Below, piece by piece: positions 25,093 through 39,336 of a DNA stretch of 64,000 nucleotides (position 1 is its first letter; the number at the start of each line of letters is the position of its first letter). The notes under the pieces were generated by a model. That model was not told the DNA's origin. It was given only the letters and a program-made list of their open reading frames with translations, and made no database searches. Made by a program: the position numbers and the translations under genes. The stretch spans positions 15,624,001 through 15,688,000 of the forward strand of contig CM022665.1 in the NCBI GenBank assembly GCA_012295275.1, in the 5' to 3' direction. This DNA is from Chrysomallon squamiferum. Lineage: Eukaryota > Animalia > Mollusca.

Positions 25093-25284
25093 GTCGTATG
25101 AAAATAGACATTCCATGGACTAACCTGTTTTCTGCTGATGTTCATGTGTATTTGGAAGATGTGTACATCCTGGCTGGACCTGTCACAGATAGACAGTATG
25201 ACCCTCAGAGAGAGAGACAACTCCAGAATGCTGTCAAAAGACAGAAACTTGAAGCACTGGAAAAATCAGCCGTCGAAGAAGTTG
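25093..25284 (+). CDS. VPS13: VPS13A/C-like coding exon 4
   Basis: RMKIDIPWTNLFSADVHVYLEDVYILAGPVTDRQYDPQRERQLQNAVKRQKLEALEKSAVEEV; ttttcag acceptor, gtatgt donor. Confidence 0.93.
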
Positions 25285-27760
25285 GTATGTAGACATTAAA
25301 GTTTTATATTTCAGAGTTTTGTTCTCATTGTAAATTGTTGATATAATGTGTAGAATTTAATCTTGAATAGGAAAGGAAATATTTTGTTTAAGGGAAATTT
25401 CAAGATATTTTTAATGTGAGCAAAAATTATTTTATTTGAAATTTAAATTTTGAATTGGCTAAAGTTATTTTATATAAAATCTAAAATAAATAAGTTTCTT
25501 TTTTAATTGTGATACAGATTCTATATATCTTTTTATTTCTGTTTTAGAAGTTCAAAATCATTCATTTATAATTCCTGATTTTAAATGGAAAATTAAAATA
25601 GTGTTTGTACAGAAGTTTGTCTGTTTTAATAGAAAACTTATCTATGTTTATGTAAAATGAAATGTTTTGATTTGTAAAAGTTTTAGTGTTTTGTTTATGT
25701 TATGGAATATTATAACTGTTTATCTAATTTTCTCTACATCTATCTTTATGTCTCAAATACACAGACAAACACACAGACGTACATTGATACATTTGTAACT
25801 TATTTTGATATCTTCCAGCAATTTGCAGTTTTTGAAAGTATTTTCTATCTATATGCCAATTGTTATGGAATTTGTAGATGATATTTTGCACAATATTAAT
25901 ATCCACATGTGAATGAAGTTTCCAAATTAGCCTACTAAAACATTTCAGAATAATATTTAGCCATAGGCAACAAACCAAAACTTGTCTCATCATATCCACA
26001 TAAATTCAATTAGCTTCACTTCAGACATTTTTATTTTTGCTTACACTCAGCCAAAATGGCTGCCTAAGCAAGAAACACTGAAACTGTTTATTAATATTTT
26101 ATCTTTATGCTGTAATTATGATTTAATCTCAAGACGTCTGACCAAATTAATTAAAAAAAATATTGGTTGGTTTATTTATTATCTTTAGATAAGGACATGT
26201 TGAATTTAAAACACACACACACAGTTATAGTTATATAATCCTCAAATACAGTTTGCAGCAAAATAATTTTTTATCATTCCAAGATGTCTGACATGCTTAT
26301 GTATGCACACATTGCTATTTAAATTTATTCAATGATGACTGGAATGTTTCTCATTCAGACATGGAAAATTTCCATGTTGATAATTTGGCTCTGTTTGTTC
26401 TGACTCTCATGAGACCTAATTATGACTTGGCAATAAGAAGGATGAAAACAACTAGGATTTGGAAAGATGATTTGAAAAAAAAAAAAAGTACAATAGAGAT
26501 TATTTCAAAATACAAATGATAGTATGGGTATAATATTTGGGTTTGCAGGATTTGATATTTTGAAAATAACATTATTCATTAGCACCTTTTTCTTCTATGA
26601 GAACAAGTAAATTAATAATACAGGGCATCCTCAGTATATGTCGCCAGTGTGTACCATGATGTAAACGTAATAAATAATGAAAAGACATATAAAGAAGAAT
26701 TAATGGAAATAATGTACATACATTCCAGACACAACGTATTTTCACTGCTTAACTTACATAAATATATTGCAATATGCCAAGAGATAATAATAAATAACTT
26801 TACTGTACAATATAAAAATTAAAAATAAATATACAGTTAAAAAAAAATCAGAAGTAGTGTCATGGTGTCCACACACTGCTCATACTCAGCTTTTCCTTCA
26901 CCAAAATGACGTAACCATGAAACAGAAAAAACATTAACTGAAATGTTGCCCTTTACTTGTTGTTGAATTGTGTGAAATAACACACATAGGAAAAACATAC
27001 AGTGATGATTTTCTGTATCTCACTACATTTTGTATAAATAAGTACTGTAATATATATATTTTGATTACTAGTATAAGAGAAAAATCCTCTGCAGTTACTC
27101 CATGGATTACTGTTGTTATCAGTTCCCAGTAAGAGAACTTCTGTATGCAGCTTCTTAGAAACAGGAAATCATATACTTCAGCTTTTGATAAATCTGACAA
27201 GAATGCGGAAAAAATGCTGTTTGATCTGCCCAGACACTGGAGTCTTGATATTACAGTCATAGAAAACCCCCAGTATTCAGGCTTGGAATACTGCATTTCT
27301 AAGTGCAATCAGAATTTCTTCATCAAATTTTATTTCATAGTAATTTTCACTTCCATTCTTACATGCCCTTTGTCAGTATGTGAATTTTACAAATAATTAG
27401 CATTGAAATCTTCTGTCTGGATCTTGATTCTTAATTTATCTTTGCTTCAAATACAACAGAAATGTTTGCATTTGACCTTGTATAGTCTTCAAAGTTCAGT
27501 GATTATTAATCATTCATTGTAGAAAGTTGAACAAAACAAGATATTTGAAAAGAGCATTAATAAAACCATAATGGCTTGTGTTAGAGTTAATACTTCACAC
27601 TTTGTTAATCCCTAAAGACTCATTTCATCTGGAGCAGATATCAAACAGAATGAATGTTTGCAAAAATCTTCAACATATTTAAATATTAATGATTATTAGA
27701 TGTTCAGTGCACATTTATTTGGTATAAAAGATGAAACACAGTCATTTTGTAAGTTTATCT

Positions 27761-27850
27761 TATTCATTAGCAGAAAGAGATCTTTTATATGAACCTACCC
27801 ATACACATAAAAAACATATGCAACTGCTGTTGGTAAACCAGTAAAAACAC
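27761..27850 (-). mobile_element. SINE core fragment; related copies at ~36803-36962 (+) and ~24295-24325 (-)
   Basis: attagcagaaagagatcttttatatgaacctacccatacac aligns with the reverse complement of ~36805-36845 (attagcagtaagcgatattctatatacacctgtccacagac). It resembles the MetaSINE-type central domain as I recall it. Confidence 0.5.
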
Positions 27851-28057
27851 GTTGAGGTTAATGTAATGGGAAATAGACTAAATGTGTACTCTTTCTAGGC
27901 TTGACCCTTTACCCTTTCCTGCCCCACTTTGGAAATTAGATACACGCATCATATTTTAAAAAGAATATCATAATAAACCATCTTTGTTAATTACCCTTTA
28001 ATACTGAAAACACAGTTAATCCCTAGAAATGTATTTCTTGTAAAGCAAATATATAAT

Positions 28058-28212
28058 AAAATCATCTTATTGAAACCATTTTAATGAAACCATTTCAGTA
28101 AAATCATCTTAATGAAACCATTTCAAATAAACCATCTTCATGAAACCATTTTACTCAGTTCACCTTGTAGAAACCATCACTATCAAACTATCTTAACTAA
28201 ACCATCTTCACC
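28058..28212. repeat. ~14-15-bp minisatellite (aaaccatcttaatg variants)
   Basis: About ten degenerate aaaccat(c/t)tt units in tandem. Confidence 0.8.
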
Positions 28213-29695
28213 GCAGTTCAGACCTGACATACAGCATGCACTGTTAATCCCTCAAGCACTCTTTATGTGAGGCAAATATCAGAGACAGAAATTTCACCCA
28301 GCTTCATATTCTTGTCATGTATCCTGTCTGCAGACCAAGTTATTTAGACCTGATCCATAATGACTGGACGATAATGATTGGGCATATCTCTCAACCTGAT
28401 ATGATAGCACAATTAACCACGTTGATAATATCTTGTTTGTCTGTTCTGGAACACTCATGGGTTATTAACATGCATAGTTATTGGAAAGTTCTTTTATGTA
28501 ATTTTTATATTGCTGCTGCAGAAAGAATGGTGTATCACAGGCTGCAGTTTGTGTTGTTCCAAGAGACAATGCATGCAAAAAATCCCTTGATGCTTAATCT
28601 TTAAAAATATGGGGTATGGAGAGATATCAGTGATTTTTCCTCTGTTAATAATCATCAGTGTATGAAAAATGTATAGTGGACGTCTAATAGTTATTGATAA
28701 TAAATAATATCTTCAGATGTTATTAAATAATTATTCATGTATTATTGTGATAAATGTTGATGGATTTCAGAAAACATTTAATATGTTCTCTGTGAATTAC
28801 AGAGTGCATTTCAAGTCATTTATCAGTTTCCAAAATTCAGAGTTACCATGAATGACTTGTTCTTTCAAAATGTAATTAGTGTTATGTTCTGTCTAATGGT
28901 TTAGAAGGTTAAATTTTAAATGTTGTTGGAAAATTATTTAATGTATTGAAACCTTTCAGTTATGTTACAATTCCCAGATTGCAGTGAATAAATGCTTAAT
29001 AATAACTCAACATATAAAATATATATTTTTAACTGATAAAACATTATTTTTGAAAGATTGATCTTCATTAGATCAAAAATAATGCATAAAAATAAAAATG
29101 CATACAAATGAATTATAATGAACTGGAGTTTTGAAAAAGAAATAACAAAATAGTTAAAAGTATTTTCTATTTTTTTAATTGAATGAAAATGCTATTCTGT
29201 TTTCAAAAGCTTATCTTTAATGGGTAACTGTTAAAAGTTTAGTTTATCGTAAACGAAAGAGTCTTAATGCTTGCAAAACAAGGTGGCTTAATCAATATTT
29301 TCAAGGCTTATTGGCATTAACAGAGAAAAGTAGAGCTTCGGAGTCCTAGGTTTGTTCTGTAAACCTTGTCAGTGCACATTTATATTATAGGAAACTTAAA
29401 GAATTGGCATTATACTTAATTAGCAAACTGTCCTTAAAAATGGAGAGAAAGTATTAATACGATTTTAACAAGAAGGAGTACAAGAATGAAAGGGATAGAG
29501 ATAAAGACAATGAGAGAAAAAGACACAGAAAGAGAAAGAAACAAAGGCACGATGATGGGAGAGAGAGATACATTAACAGAGAAAGAAAGAGAGAGAGAGG
29601 GAGAGAGAGAGAAGCAGACAGAAAGAGAATGTGACAGAACAAAAGAAAACATTAGAAATTTATGTGATAGCACTTATGTGTTTTCTCCACAAGGT

Positions 29696-30085
29696 GAATG
29701 TTAAAACACAAGAGACTATACAGTTATTTTCTCATTCTGTTTTCCAGTACTGAGTAATCTCATTGTATATGTTTGTGAAAAAAGAGATGAATGTTAAAAC
29801 ACAAGAGACTATACAGTCATTTTCTCATTTTGTTTTCCAATACAGTTGAGTAATCTCATTGTATACGTTTGTGAAAAAAAGATGTGAATGTTAAAAACAA
29901 GAGACTTTGCAGTTATTTTCTCATTCTGTCTTCCAGTACTGAGTAATAGCATTGTATATGTTTGTGAAAAAAAAGTTAACCTTAATACAGTTATTTATCA
30001 TTCTGTTTTCCAGTACAGTTGTGTAAAATCATTGTGTATAAAAGTGAATTGTAAAACACAAGAAACCATACAGTTATGTTATTAT
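29696..30085. repeat. ~95-bp tandem repeat, about four units; a stray unit at ~31140-31225
   Basis: Unit gaatgttaaaacacaagagactatacagttattttctcattctgttttccagtactgagtaatctcattgtatatgtttgtgaaaaaa. Confidence 0.88.
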
Positions 30086-30187
30086 TTGAACTCTGTCACT
30101 CTGAACCAGGCCTGAAGTCACACAGCCAAGTATTCAGACAGTAGTGGGGGTAATATAGAAAATTTGTTAAAAATGGATTTATATATA

Positions 30188-30901
30188 CAGTATACCCTCG
30201 CCTGTTCGCGGTTCCCCATTTGCGGCCCCACATATTCGCGGGTTAGGCTCTTAACCCTATCACATCGTATGCTGGTATACCAGGCTAGCATCATAACGTC
30301 ATAAAAACAAATGCTCGGTAAACCGCACAAACAATATCAAATTTTTTCAATTATTATTCCAATACAGTACGTATTTTTTTTTATAAATGCATACACTGTA
30401 TGTACAGTGCATATTTTTTGTGACCGTGTATTAATAATGTTTTTAATTGCCTATTATTACTGAATTGTATTATTATTACCTGAACTGTGCGTACTGTATT
30501 TATCTGTCTGTTTGCCTTTAAATTTGTTCCACTTTCTGTCAATTGTTGTACGCATAGAAAATGACTTTACGGTACAGTAATACAGTATGGGTAACTATGC
30601 TATGCGGTGTTACTGTCCTCCTGTACTTACGTTACTTTCTGATTAAAATATTGTTTCAGTACAAAATTAAAATGTGTTTACATTATCATTACTACATTAG
30701 TGAAATACATAACTGCATGCAATATTACTACATTATTACTGTATTAATGAGTAAGAGTGTCTTTAGAAAGTGTTTGGGAAGCATTTAGTACCGTATATAA
30801 TCTCATAATAGACGTTTTAAAACTGCATCCAATATTCGCGGTTTTTCGCTATTCGCAGGGGGGTAAAGAACGTAACCCCCGCGAATAGCGAGGGAATACT
30901 G
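30188..30901. mobile_element. Tc1/mariner-pogo (Tigger-like) non-autonomous MITE, 714 bp
   Basis: TA|CAGTATACCCTCGCCTGTTCGCGG ... CCGCGAATAGCGAGGGAATACTG|TA; subterminal tattcgcgg repeats; CpGs retained. Confidence 0.9.
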
Positions 30902-31459
30902 TATCTTACTTCTTTGATCTAGTGATGAAACTGATATATATTAATCTTAAGATGTGTTTTAGAGCACATTTATGAATACTGTTATTTGCTGGATGCCTTC
31001 TTTTCTGAGAAAGAGACAATGTTTTGCCAATTTTACTAACTGCCAATGTGATACAGGGATGAATGAGCTATCAAATTGAAATTTACTGAGTCGGGAATCT
31101 GAAAATGTTTATATCTTTAACCAGCCAAAACCTGGTTCAGTATCATTGTATCTGTTTGAGACCACATAACTATCTGATCATTTTGTTTTCCAATACAGTT
31201 TGGTAATATCATCATATACATCTTCTGTGTAAAAGAAACAACCCCCAAAACCTGCCTCTTTTTTTAAATATCCTATCAGCTGTAAAGTCTTGAGAGAATT
31301 CTAGAAATATACTCTTTTACTAGACAGTATAATGGCTGTGGGCAGGAAAACATACAAATAATGAGAAATGGAAGAATAGCTTGGCTCTAAGACATGATGT
31401 TCAGCTGAGGTAACTCCATTGTGTTGTAAATACTTCATCATTGATTTTCTGCTGGCCAT

Positions 31460-32120
31460 GTCTCAATTCATTTTCACTGCTGTCTAGTGATGACCACTTT
31501 TACATTTTTGCTTATTGTCCAAAATGTGACTTGGTTAATAGATACTGTGACTTATTACAAATTAGTGAATTTTCTACTGGCTGTCTTCTAGTTAACTTGT
31601 CAAATTGATACACACGTAAACTTACTATTGAAGTATGTGACTGAAGTAATGGTTCTGTGTATGTATTCAGAATTAAATGAGTTTTCATGAATTAATTCAT
31701 TTCCAGATTGATTAGTCATGTTATTTTCACATTTTTATTTATTGTCAAGTATGTTTTTGATTTCACAGACATTATCACTTATTATTACAAATTAGTACAT
31801 TTTCTACTGGCTGCAGAATGATACACACACAAATTTACTGTAAAGTGTATATCTGGGTTAATGGTGATGATTCTATGTATCTATTCACAATTAATGAAAT
31901 TTCTATTGATTAGGTCTCAATTCATTTTCAGCCCTGTCTAGTCATGATAACTTTTGCATTTGTCAAGAATGTGTCTTTGTTAATACACTGTGACCTGTTG
32001 TTACTAATTAATGAATTTTCATCTAGCTAGCTTCTAGTGAACCTTAAAGATCAGTACACAATTTTACTTAAAGTGTGTGTCTGGGTTAATAATAATTCTA
32101 TGTACTCAGAAGTAATGAAT
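31460..32120. repeat. Degenerate ~230-bp tandem repeat, about three units
   Basis: Recurring blocks tctcaattcattttca..ctgtctagt.atga, ttattacaaattagt..attttctactggctg and tacaca..aaatttact..aagtgt.t.tctgggttaat. Confidence 0.75.
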
Positions 32121-32229
32121 CTTCTACTTGTGTTTAAACTGACCTATGATATTAATAAACAGTGTGCGTCTTCATGTGTGAAGCAGGCTACTGGTATGTC
32201 CTCAGACAAACACACACGATAACCACCCC

Positions 32230-33165
32230 TTCCTTCACAAAGAAGTTAAGGCTGCAGCACAATCACTGAAGAAAGGGAAATCTGTTTGAGTTGACAGCAT
32301 GTACATGGAGAGGATATAAACATGAAGATCATTGCTGAAGAATAGGCAGGTTTTAAAGCAGGAGGGAAGACCATAGCACAAATCATCAGTCTAAAATATC
32401 TCTGTGAGAAATACATCCAGCAGCAGCACAACCTCTACCACGTTTTCAGTATGGTTTGACATGCAGCTTTGTGGGTAACCATGAAGAAATACAACATCAG
32501 CATCAGCTTTACCAAGTCACTGAACACCTCTGTGACAATGCCTTTAGAGTTGTCTTTCTCAACAGTGACACGGTAAACTGGTTCTTAACAACAGTTGGAA
32601 TCTAACAAAGATTTCCACTTTCTCTCACAATCTTCAGTATTTTTCTGGAAGATCACGACAGATGCCTTAGAAGATCACAAAACTCTGGATGCAGGGCAAT
32701 TGCCAATCTAGTTTAGAATAGCAGAAATATATCTCTCTGTTCCAAGATATGACAGATTTGTCACCTATTATATACATCTTCATATATGCTTGCAAAACAT
32801 GGACACTCTCAGCAGAGCTTCAAAGAAAAACAAGCTATGGAAATGAAATGCAACCACAAGATCTTGTGCATCTCATAAAAAGATCATGTTACTAATATGA
32901 AAGTCCATTCTAAGATCCAGCACCACATGAAGATTGCATAAGGAAATGCAAACTGCAGTGATATGGACATATCTCCTGTTCATCATGTATGGGAAAAACC
33001 ATCTTGCAAGGCTCTGTGAAAAACAAGGCAGACAGAAGAAGAGGAAAATAATGCCTGAAGTTTGCCAAGTCCAGAGATGGCAGTGAAAAACAGGAAAAAT
33101 GGAGGAAACTGGTGGTAAAATCATCTTTGGTAACCAGTGACTCTTGCATTTAAGGGATAAGTGAA
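32230..33165 (+). mobile_element. Decayed RTE-clade LINE: reverse-transcriptase region through 3' end
   Basis: Broken translations EVKAAAQSLKKGKS, KIIAEE*AGFKAGGKTIAQIISLKYLCEKYIQQQHNLYHVF, HAALWVTMKKYNIS, NWFLTTVGI*Q, KTILQGSV and KWRKLVVKSSLV, with many stops and frameshifts. Confidence 0.85.
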
Positions 33166-36100
33166 GTAAAGATGTTTCATAATAAAAAAGTTACTTATTG
33201 CAAAGTAATTGATAACTTAATGGTTTTGCTATTTACATTCATCACTCTTATGTCACAGAAAAACAGTTTGAAATAGTCTTTTCTGTAAAAAAAATAAATA
33301 AATAAAAAAAAAAAAAAAAAACGAACTAGTAATAAAATTAATTTGTTTCTGGATATATCTGAGAAGGTTACTCATGACTTAATCTTCTTTTTCAAAATCA
33401 GAAATTTTCTTCTAGTGCCAGTAACAGTTTTATATATTTTTTATTCTTCTTTAAAGATGTCCAAGAAAGTTAAAAATAACTCCATCTTGTCATCTAGATC
33501 ATTTTTTCAACACTACTTGTGTCAAACATGCACATTTAAAAATATATTTCTTTTATGTCAAGTTTGTTTTTTAGTTACTTCTCAGAGAATTAATGATCTG
33601 TTCAGAAATAATCCATTTTTTTTTTATTTTTTATATAAAGCCCAGACTTTTACAGATTATAAATTTACTCATGTTTTGTTTTTATCAATGGCTGATTGTC
33701 AAGTATATTTTTTCAGTTCTTTTAAATTAATAATCATTATTCTAAATTCAACATTTTCTTTTAACATAGATTTTTACATTTTTATTTTTTATATCTGTCA
33801 CTTAAAGCATACAGACATCAATTTACGAAAATCTTTTTATCTATTGATTATTGGAATTACTTTCTTTTAGTTTTACAATTATTTCCCTTTACTTTCCTTA
33901 TTAACTGCTTAAGCATATATTATTCTTTTTCAGTTTTTGTTGTTGATTATTGGAAAGCATTATTTTAAGTTTCTTTTTTTTTTGCCCCATTTTATTTTCT
34001 TATTCAGTTGTTTAAGTAACAGACAATAACTTTTAAAAATTATTTTTTATCAAGTCATGATTTATAATTATTTTTAGTTCTTTATTTCTTAATTATCATT
34101 TTTGTCAAAGTTAATTTTTTTTTTTTCCTCTTTTTTTGGTATCTGTCACATAACACTCTAACTTATATAATCATTTTTATGTTGTATATCAACAGATTAA
34201 AGTAGACATTTTCTTTTGTTAATCCTGCATAAGAAGAAATACATTTCCCCACCATTTGTTTTACCTTTATCAGTTTCTTGACTACATTTGTCTTCCTATA
34301 TTTTATATTGTAACTGGTAAGTAAAATCAATAATTTCAGTTATACTTCTGACAATATTAATAATCAGTTTATCTGTTATTTCATGCTGTAGTACACATTT
34401 TCATTCACTTGGCCTTTACCATAATTATATTTTTAAACTTCTTTAATTTTTTTTCTTAAGATCTATCACCTCACTAATTATTTTTTATGCACTATCATCT
34501 TCTCTAAGATTGTGTGTGTGCTGGTGAGTGAGTATGTGTATATATATATATATAAAATGTTCTAATGTTTGCACTTCTAAGTCCTCCTGTACAGTTTTTT
34601 TAACCAGTGCCTTACCACAGCAACACTGAGACCTCGTATAAGATTTTCTAACCAGCATCATCTCCACAGCAACACTTACAACTATATTTAATTGTTTAAC
34701 CTGGTAACCATAAAGGCTCTTGTCAAGCATCTTGGCCATGGTCTTCTCATCTTTATAATGCAGCAGAACAGCTGACCAGCAGATTAACCACTACATCTGA
34801 AAATGCCTTCATGATTATGAAAATACATCACAGCTAGGTATTGGCTTTCTGTCACTGCATTTAGTCAGATAAGGAAAAAACAACAACAGGGTTATGGGGA
34901 TGAAGCCAGCAAGTATTTTCCACAGCTTATTACTTCAGTGGCCTTCTTGACAGTGAAAATGCTGACTACAGAATTCCTTGAGAACCTCTTGAAAGATGAC
35001 CTTGATGTTAATTTGATGTATGTGTGTGTGCCCATGATAAGCATGCTTGAATTTTTGGATGTAGTGGTTGGGGGGTGTGTTAAAAAAAGATTATGCTTAT
35101 ATCAGTATGCTGATGATAATGACTGTTCCTAAAAGGGTTAAAATCACAGATACAAAGGCTTACAGAAAAACTTAATAAAACAAATTGTTAATACTAGGCT
35201 TTTTGAGCTCAGTTAACTACTTTTATTACATTTACTGTTATTACTACTATGACTGTTACTGTCACTGCTACAATTGCTGCTATAGCTACTGTTACTATAC
35301 TGTTATTATATGAATATTACTGCTGCTACTACTATTTATTATTTCAACTACTGTTACTTTTATTATTATTATTATTAATTATTACTTCTACTTCTACTAT
35401 TACTATTATGCTACTACTACTACTATTATTATTTCTACTGCTACTTTTACTACTACTGTTACTAGTACATTTACTACTGCCACTAGTAGTATTATTATTT
35501 AAAAAATAATATGATTATTATATATATATATAAGATTAGTACAGTATCAGTATAATTTAGGTTTAATTTGAAATATAACATTACCATGTTGATTCAGACT
35601 TTTATGTCAAGTCAACATTTTCAGTTTCCTAAGCAGAAAGATAAAACATTTCCCTTTTCACCATTATTTGATTAAAAAAAAAAAAAAAAGAAAGACCTTT
35701 GACATTTTCTTTGTAGAAACAGTATCTGATGTTGGAAACAAAATTTGATTTTAAAGGAAACCATTACACTCTGCTTCTATCCAAAAAGTAATAAAAATAA
35801 TGTGGTCTGCAATGTAATTAAAGTAAAAATTACATAATGATAAAAGAAAAAATGAAAAAGTGAAATAATAAATTAATAATAATAATAAAAATGGTAAATA
35901 AAAAAATAAAAATCAAACAAACAAAATAATAATAAAAAATAAATAGAATAAATAAAAAACCAGCAACAAATAAAAACACAAAAACAAACCAAAATCTAAA
36001 GGCTGTTAGACCTGTGGGATTTATTGATAAATTCCTTTTTGAAAAATATATAAATGTTAGTTGTCATGGCAGCAATTAATTCCAATACCATATTTATGTT

Positions 36101-36545
36101 TTGTATTCCTTTGTTTTTATATTTATAGTTTCAAGTTCAAACAACAGACTGATGAAGCAAACCAGTTGCAATTTCAGATAAATGTGATTTAAATATGTAC
36201 TACTGTTTATCAGCTGTATATGTATATATATCTTCTGTTTTTGCCTCTTAAAAGGATTTGTACAGTGTAAATTGATATTGATCAGCATTTTCTGTTATTT
36301 AGGATCTTGTTTCATTAGAATCAATCCATATCAGTTATCATGTTACATGTAATGGGCTGCAGGATATTACAGAGTGTGGAGGCAGCTGACCATTTAGAAT
36401 AAAATGCTGACATGTAATGCTGCAGGATATTACAGGATGGGAGAAACTCATTGTTTAGAGTTGTATCTAACAAGCTCCAGGATCTATTCTTCTCAGTGCA
36501 CGCTTAAGTCTATTTCCAGTTACATTCATTGATCTGTATCTAGAT

Positions 36546-36767
36546 CAGAGGTTCCACAATCATTCAGCTCATCAGCTACTTCATTAAGTTTCAAATTCTT
36601 CATTAACCTCTTATATTTATTATTTTGTACTAGTGAAACAAAAAATAATAATAAATAATTTATCTGTCCCTTATATAGTCCCATTTTTGACCTTTGCATA
36701 GTCCCATTGACCCTTGGACAGTCTCATTGATTCTTGGATGTCAGTATTGACCACTTTGAAGGAGTTG
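36546..36767. mobile_element. Old hAT (Charlie-like) MITE
   Basis: Identical 8-bp flanks ATCTAGAT (36538-36545 and 36768-36775); left end CAGAGGTTCC; internal gtcccattgacc repeats; right TIR degenerate. Confidence 0.6.
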
Positions 36768-37516
36768 ATCTAGATTAACAATGGGCAAAGTGTGTGATTT
36801 TTCAGTCTGTGGACAGGTGTATATAGAATATCGCTTACTGCTAATCAAAAAGCAATAGAACATCATTTGGTCAGTTTCTTCTCTCCTTAACTATATTGTC
36901 CTGAAACACAAGTGTAATGCCACACATCTGCAGATTAAAAATAAAAGAAACTTAAATAAACAGATTAAAAATTTATTAAATAAAAAAATCATTTGCTTTA
37001 TTTCTTCCAAGTTGTATTATAATTCTCAATGGAAAAATGGTTATGTTATTAAGCTACAAAATAGAAGTCTCTTGACAGCAGACATTTGGTAAATGTTTTC
37101 TAAAGTTAAAGTAATTGATAATATCTGTTTTATTTAACTGTTGCTAACCATCATTTGATTTGTTGTTTTATTAATGAATCTTAAAACCAAGTCTGAATTT
37201 ATCAAAATTTATCTTCTGAAATAATAATACATTGGTTTTCATGTTAGACCTCTGGGATAATGTTTAAAATATCATATCAACTTTATAAAACCTTCTTAGC
37301 CTTTGTCGATCCAGACTGCTGATATATAGAGAACAACTGCAAGTTAGAATCCAGTTTTTTGTTTTATGGAGTTTACATAATATATATTACAAATCCAAAC
37401 TTTTAGTTAATGATTGAAACTGATGCTGTAGTAATGTATGAAGTTTCTTTAAATTAAAAACAAATTTATTCCAGGTTATCAATAAAAACCTCATTTCAGA
37501 GTTTGAGCAGGGAAGG

Positions 37517-37573
<57 letters not shown>

Positions 37574-38365
37574 TAAAATCATAAGAAATTGTGGTACAAA
37601 TATTTGTAAGATGAAGTTAGCACAGCAGGTAGGCAGCAGTATGAGTATCAAGCTGTTGCTAAAATTTAAAAAAATACACAACCCATCTGTTTGGTATAGA
37701 TTCTGGTTTCACTTCATACTGGTTTGCACTGAAAATGAACATCTAATACATCAACAGTTAACAATGATTAACATTAATAGTTTCTCTGTAGGGATTTTGG
37801 GACCAAGTCAATTACGTAGGCATTATTAATTTTTTTTTCTTTCATCTAAATTATCAGTTGAAATTGGTTCTGCACTAGGCAACTCCTTTCACAGGCCATA
37901 TTCACTGCTATTTATTGCTGGTACAGTATTGATTGGAACGTGTTATAGAGAAAATGTTATTGCAGAAATGACTGAATGGATCCCTGCTGTTCTTACAGCT
38001 TCCTGGAAGTGCTGGTCTGCATGAAGGATCTCTTTATCAACCAAACTTGGAACTTGAAGTTTTCTTATCACTAATTATTTTGATTGATTGTAGTTTTCAA
38101 TGAGGGTACCTTTTAAAGGTGTTTACGTTTTCATGCATTAAGGCTGGAAATTATTGTTGTGTATTTTTAAATGTCAGCTGCTTTATAAATATGAATTAAA
38201 ATTATTATTATTATTATAAATATAGAGGCACACATTTTTAAAAATTATTATTATTATAAATAAATCAATATTAAATAAATATATATTAATAAAAGACTAC
38301 ATTAATAGCAACAATAACAAATAATAACAATAAAAACAAGATCAAAATCATTATAACCTCACCAG

Positions 38366-38396
<31 letters not shown>

Positions 38397-39301
38397 AAAA
38401 AATAAATAAATAAATAAATACAGTACCATACAACATCACCTACAACAGGTACATTAACAACACCAACAGTAACAACAAATTATCCATTGCTAAATTAATG
38501 CTGCAAAAAAATAATATTTTTTTTTTAGTATTTTCATATCTGCTGATTTGGCACTGATAACTGTGATGTATATTGATTGGTACTAAAAGATTTTCCTTGG
38601 TATGAGCCTGTTCCAAGTAAATTCTTTGAACTCTATGTAAAGTGAAAGCTGAATGGCCTAGAGCCTGAGAGACTGTTTGTAAGACTGCTATTGATTGGCT
38701 GAAGTTTAATGTTTGTCCTGCAGGGAGGACATAGCTAAAATTATGATATATGCAGTTCAAATACAACATGGAAGAGAAAAAAATTAAAAATATAATCTAT
38801 ATTTCTTCAAGTGCCACTGATATTTTCATTATTAGTTTGTTAGGGAAATGCACATTTGTTGATTTAACATGTTCAGTTTTGCTTCATGGCTTAAATATTT
38901 GATTTGGTTGGTTTTTCTTTCTTCTTTTTTTCTTGCATATAATTCAACAAAGCAAAGAAAGAAAAAAAAAAAAAAGGAGTATAAAACTGAGCAGAAATGA
39001 GATTATTAATGCTGCATTGGATAAATCTAGTGTGAATAATACTGAGTATAACCCAGTCATATTTGAACAGCATTTTAGTTGATAACTGAAAGATCTCCAT
39101 GCACACTCATATAAGCACAACCACATATTCACATAAATAGAGACACATATGTGCTTACTTTTGGACACAAAACACAGATATCTGCTTATACACAGTGAGA
39201 AAATATATACTCATCCACAAGATACCTTCATTCATTCACATATTTACTTAAACACATACTCACTTGTTTACATATAGTCATACACATACATGCATAAAAC
39301 A

Positions 39302-39336
<35 letters not shown>

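Noticed and set aside
26619-27700. Possible Tigger end (TAcagggcatcctc) with decayed minus-strand transposase; 124-aa ORF
   Set aside because: No partner TIR found and the peptide similarity is too weak to call.
34485-35020. Possible second LINE fragment on the minus strand
   Set aside because: Only vague resemblance to an RTE C-terminus; not enough motifs to support it.
37860-38075. Protein-like minus-strand stretch VIRKLQVPSLVDKEILHADQHFQEAVRTAG as a nested gene exon
   Set aside because: No convincing splice sites, partner exons or recognisable homology.
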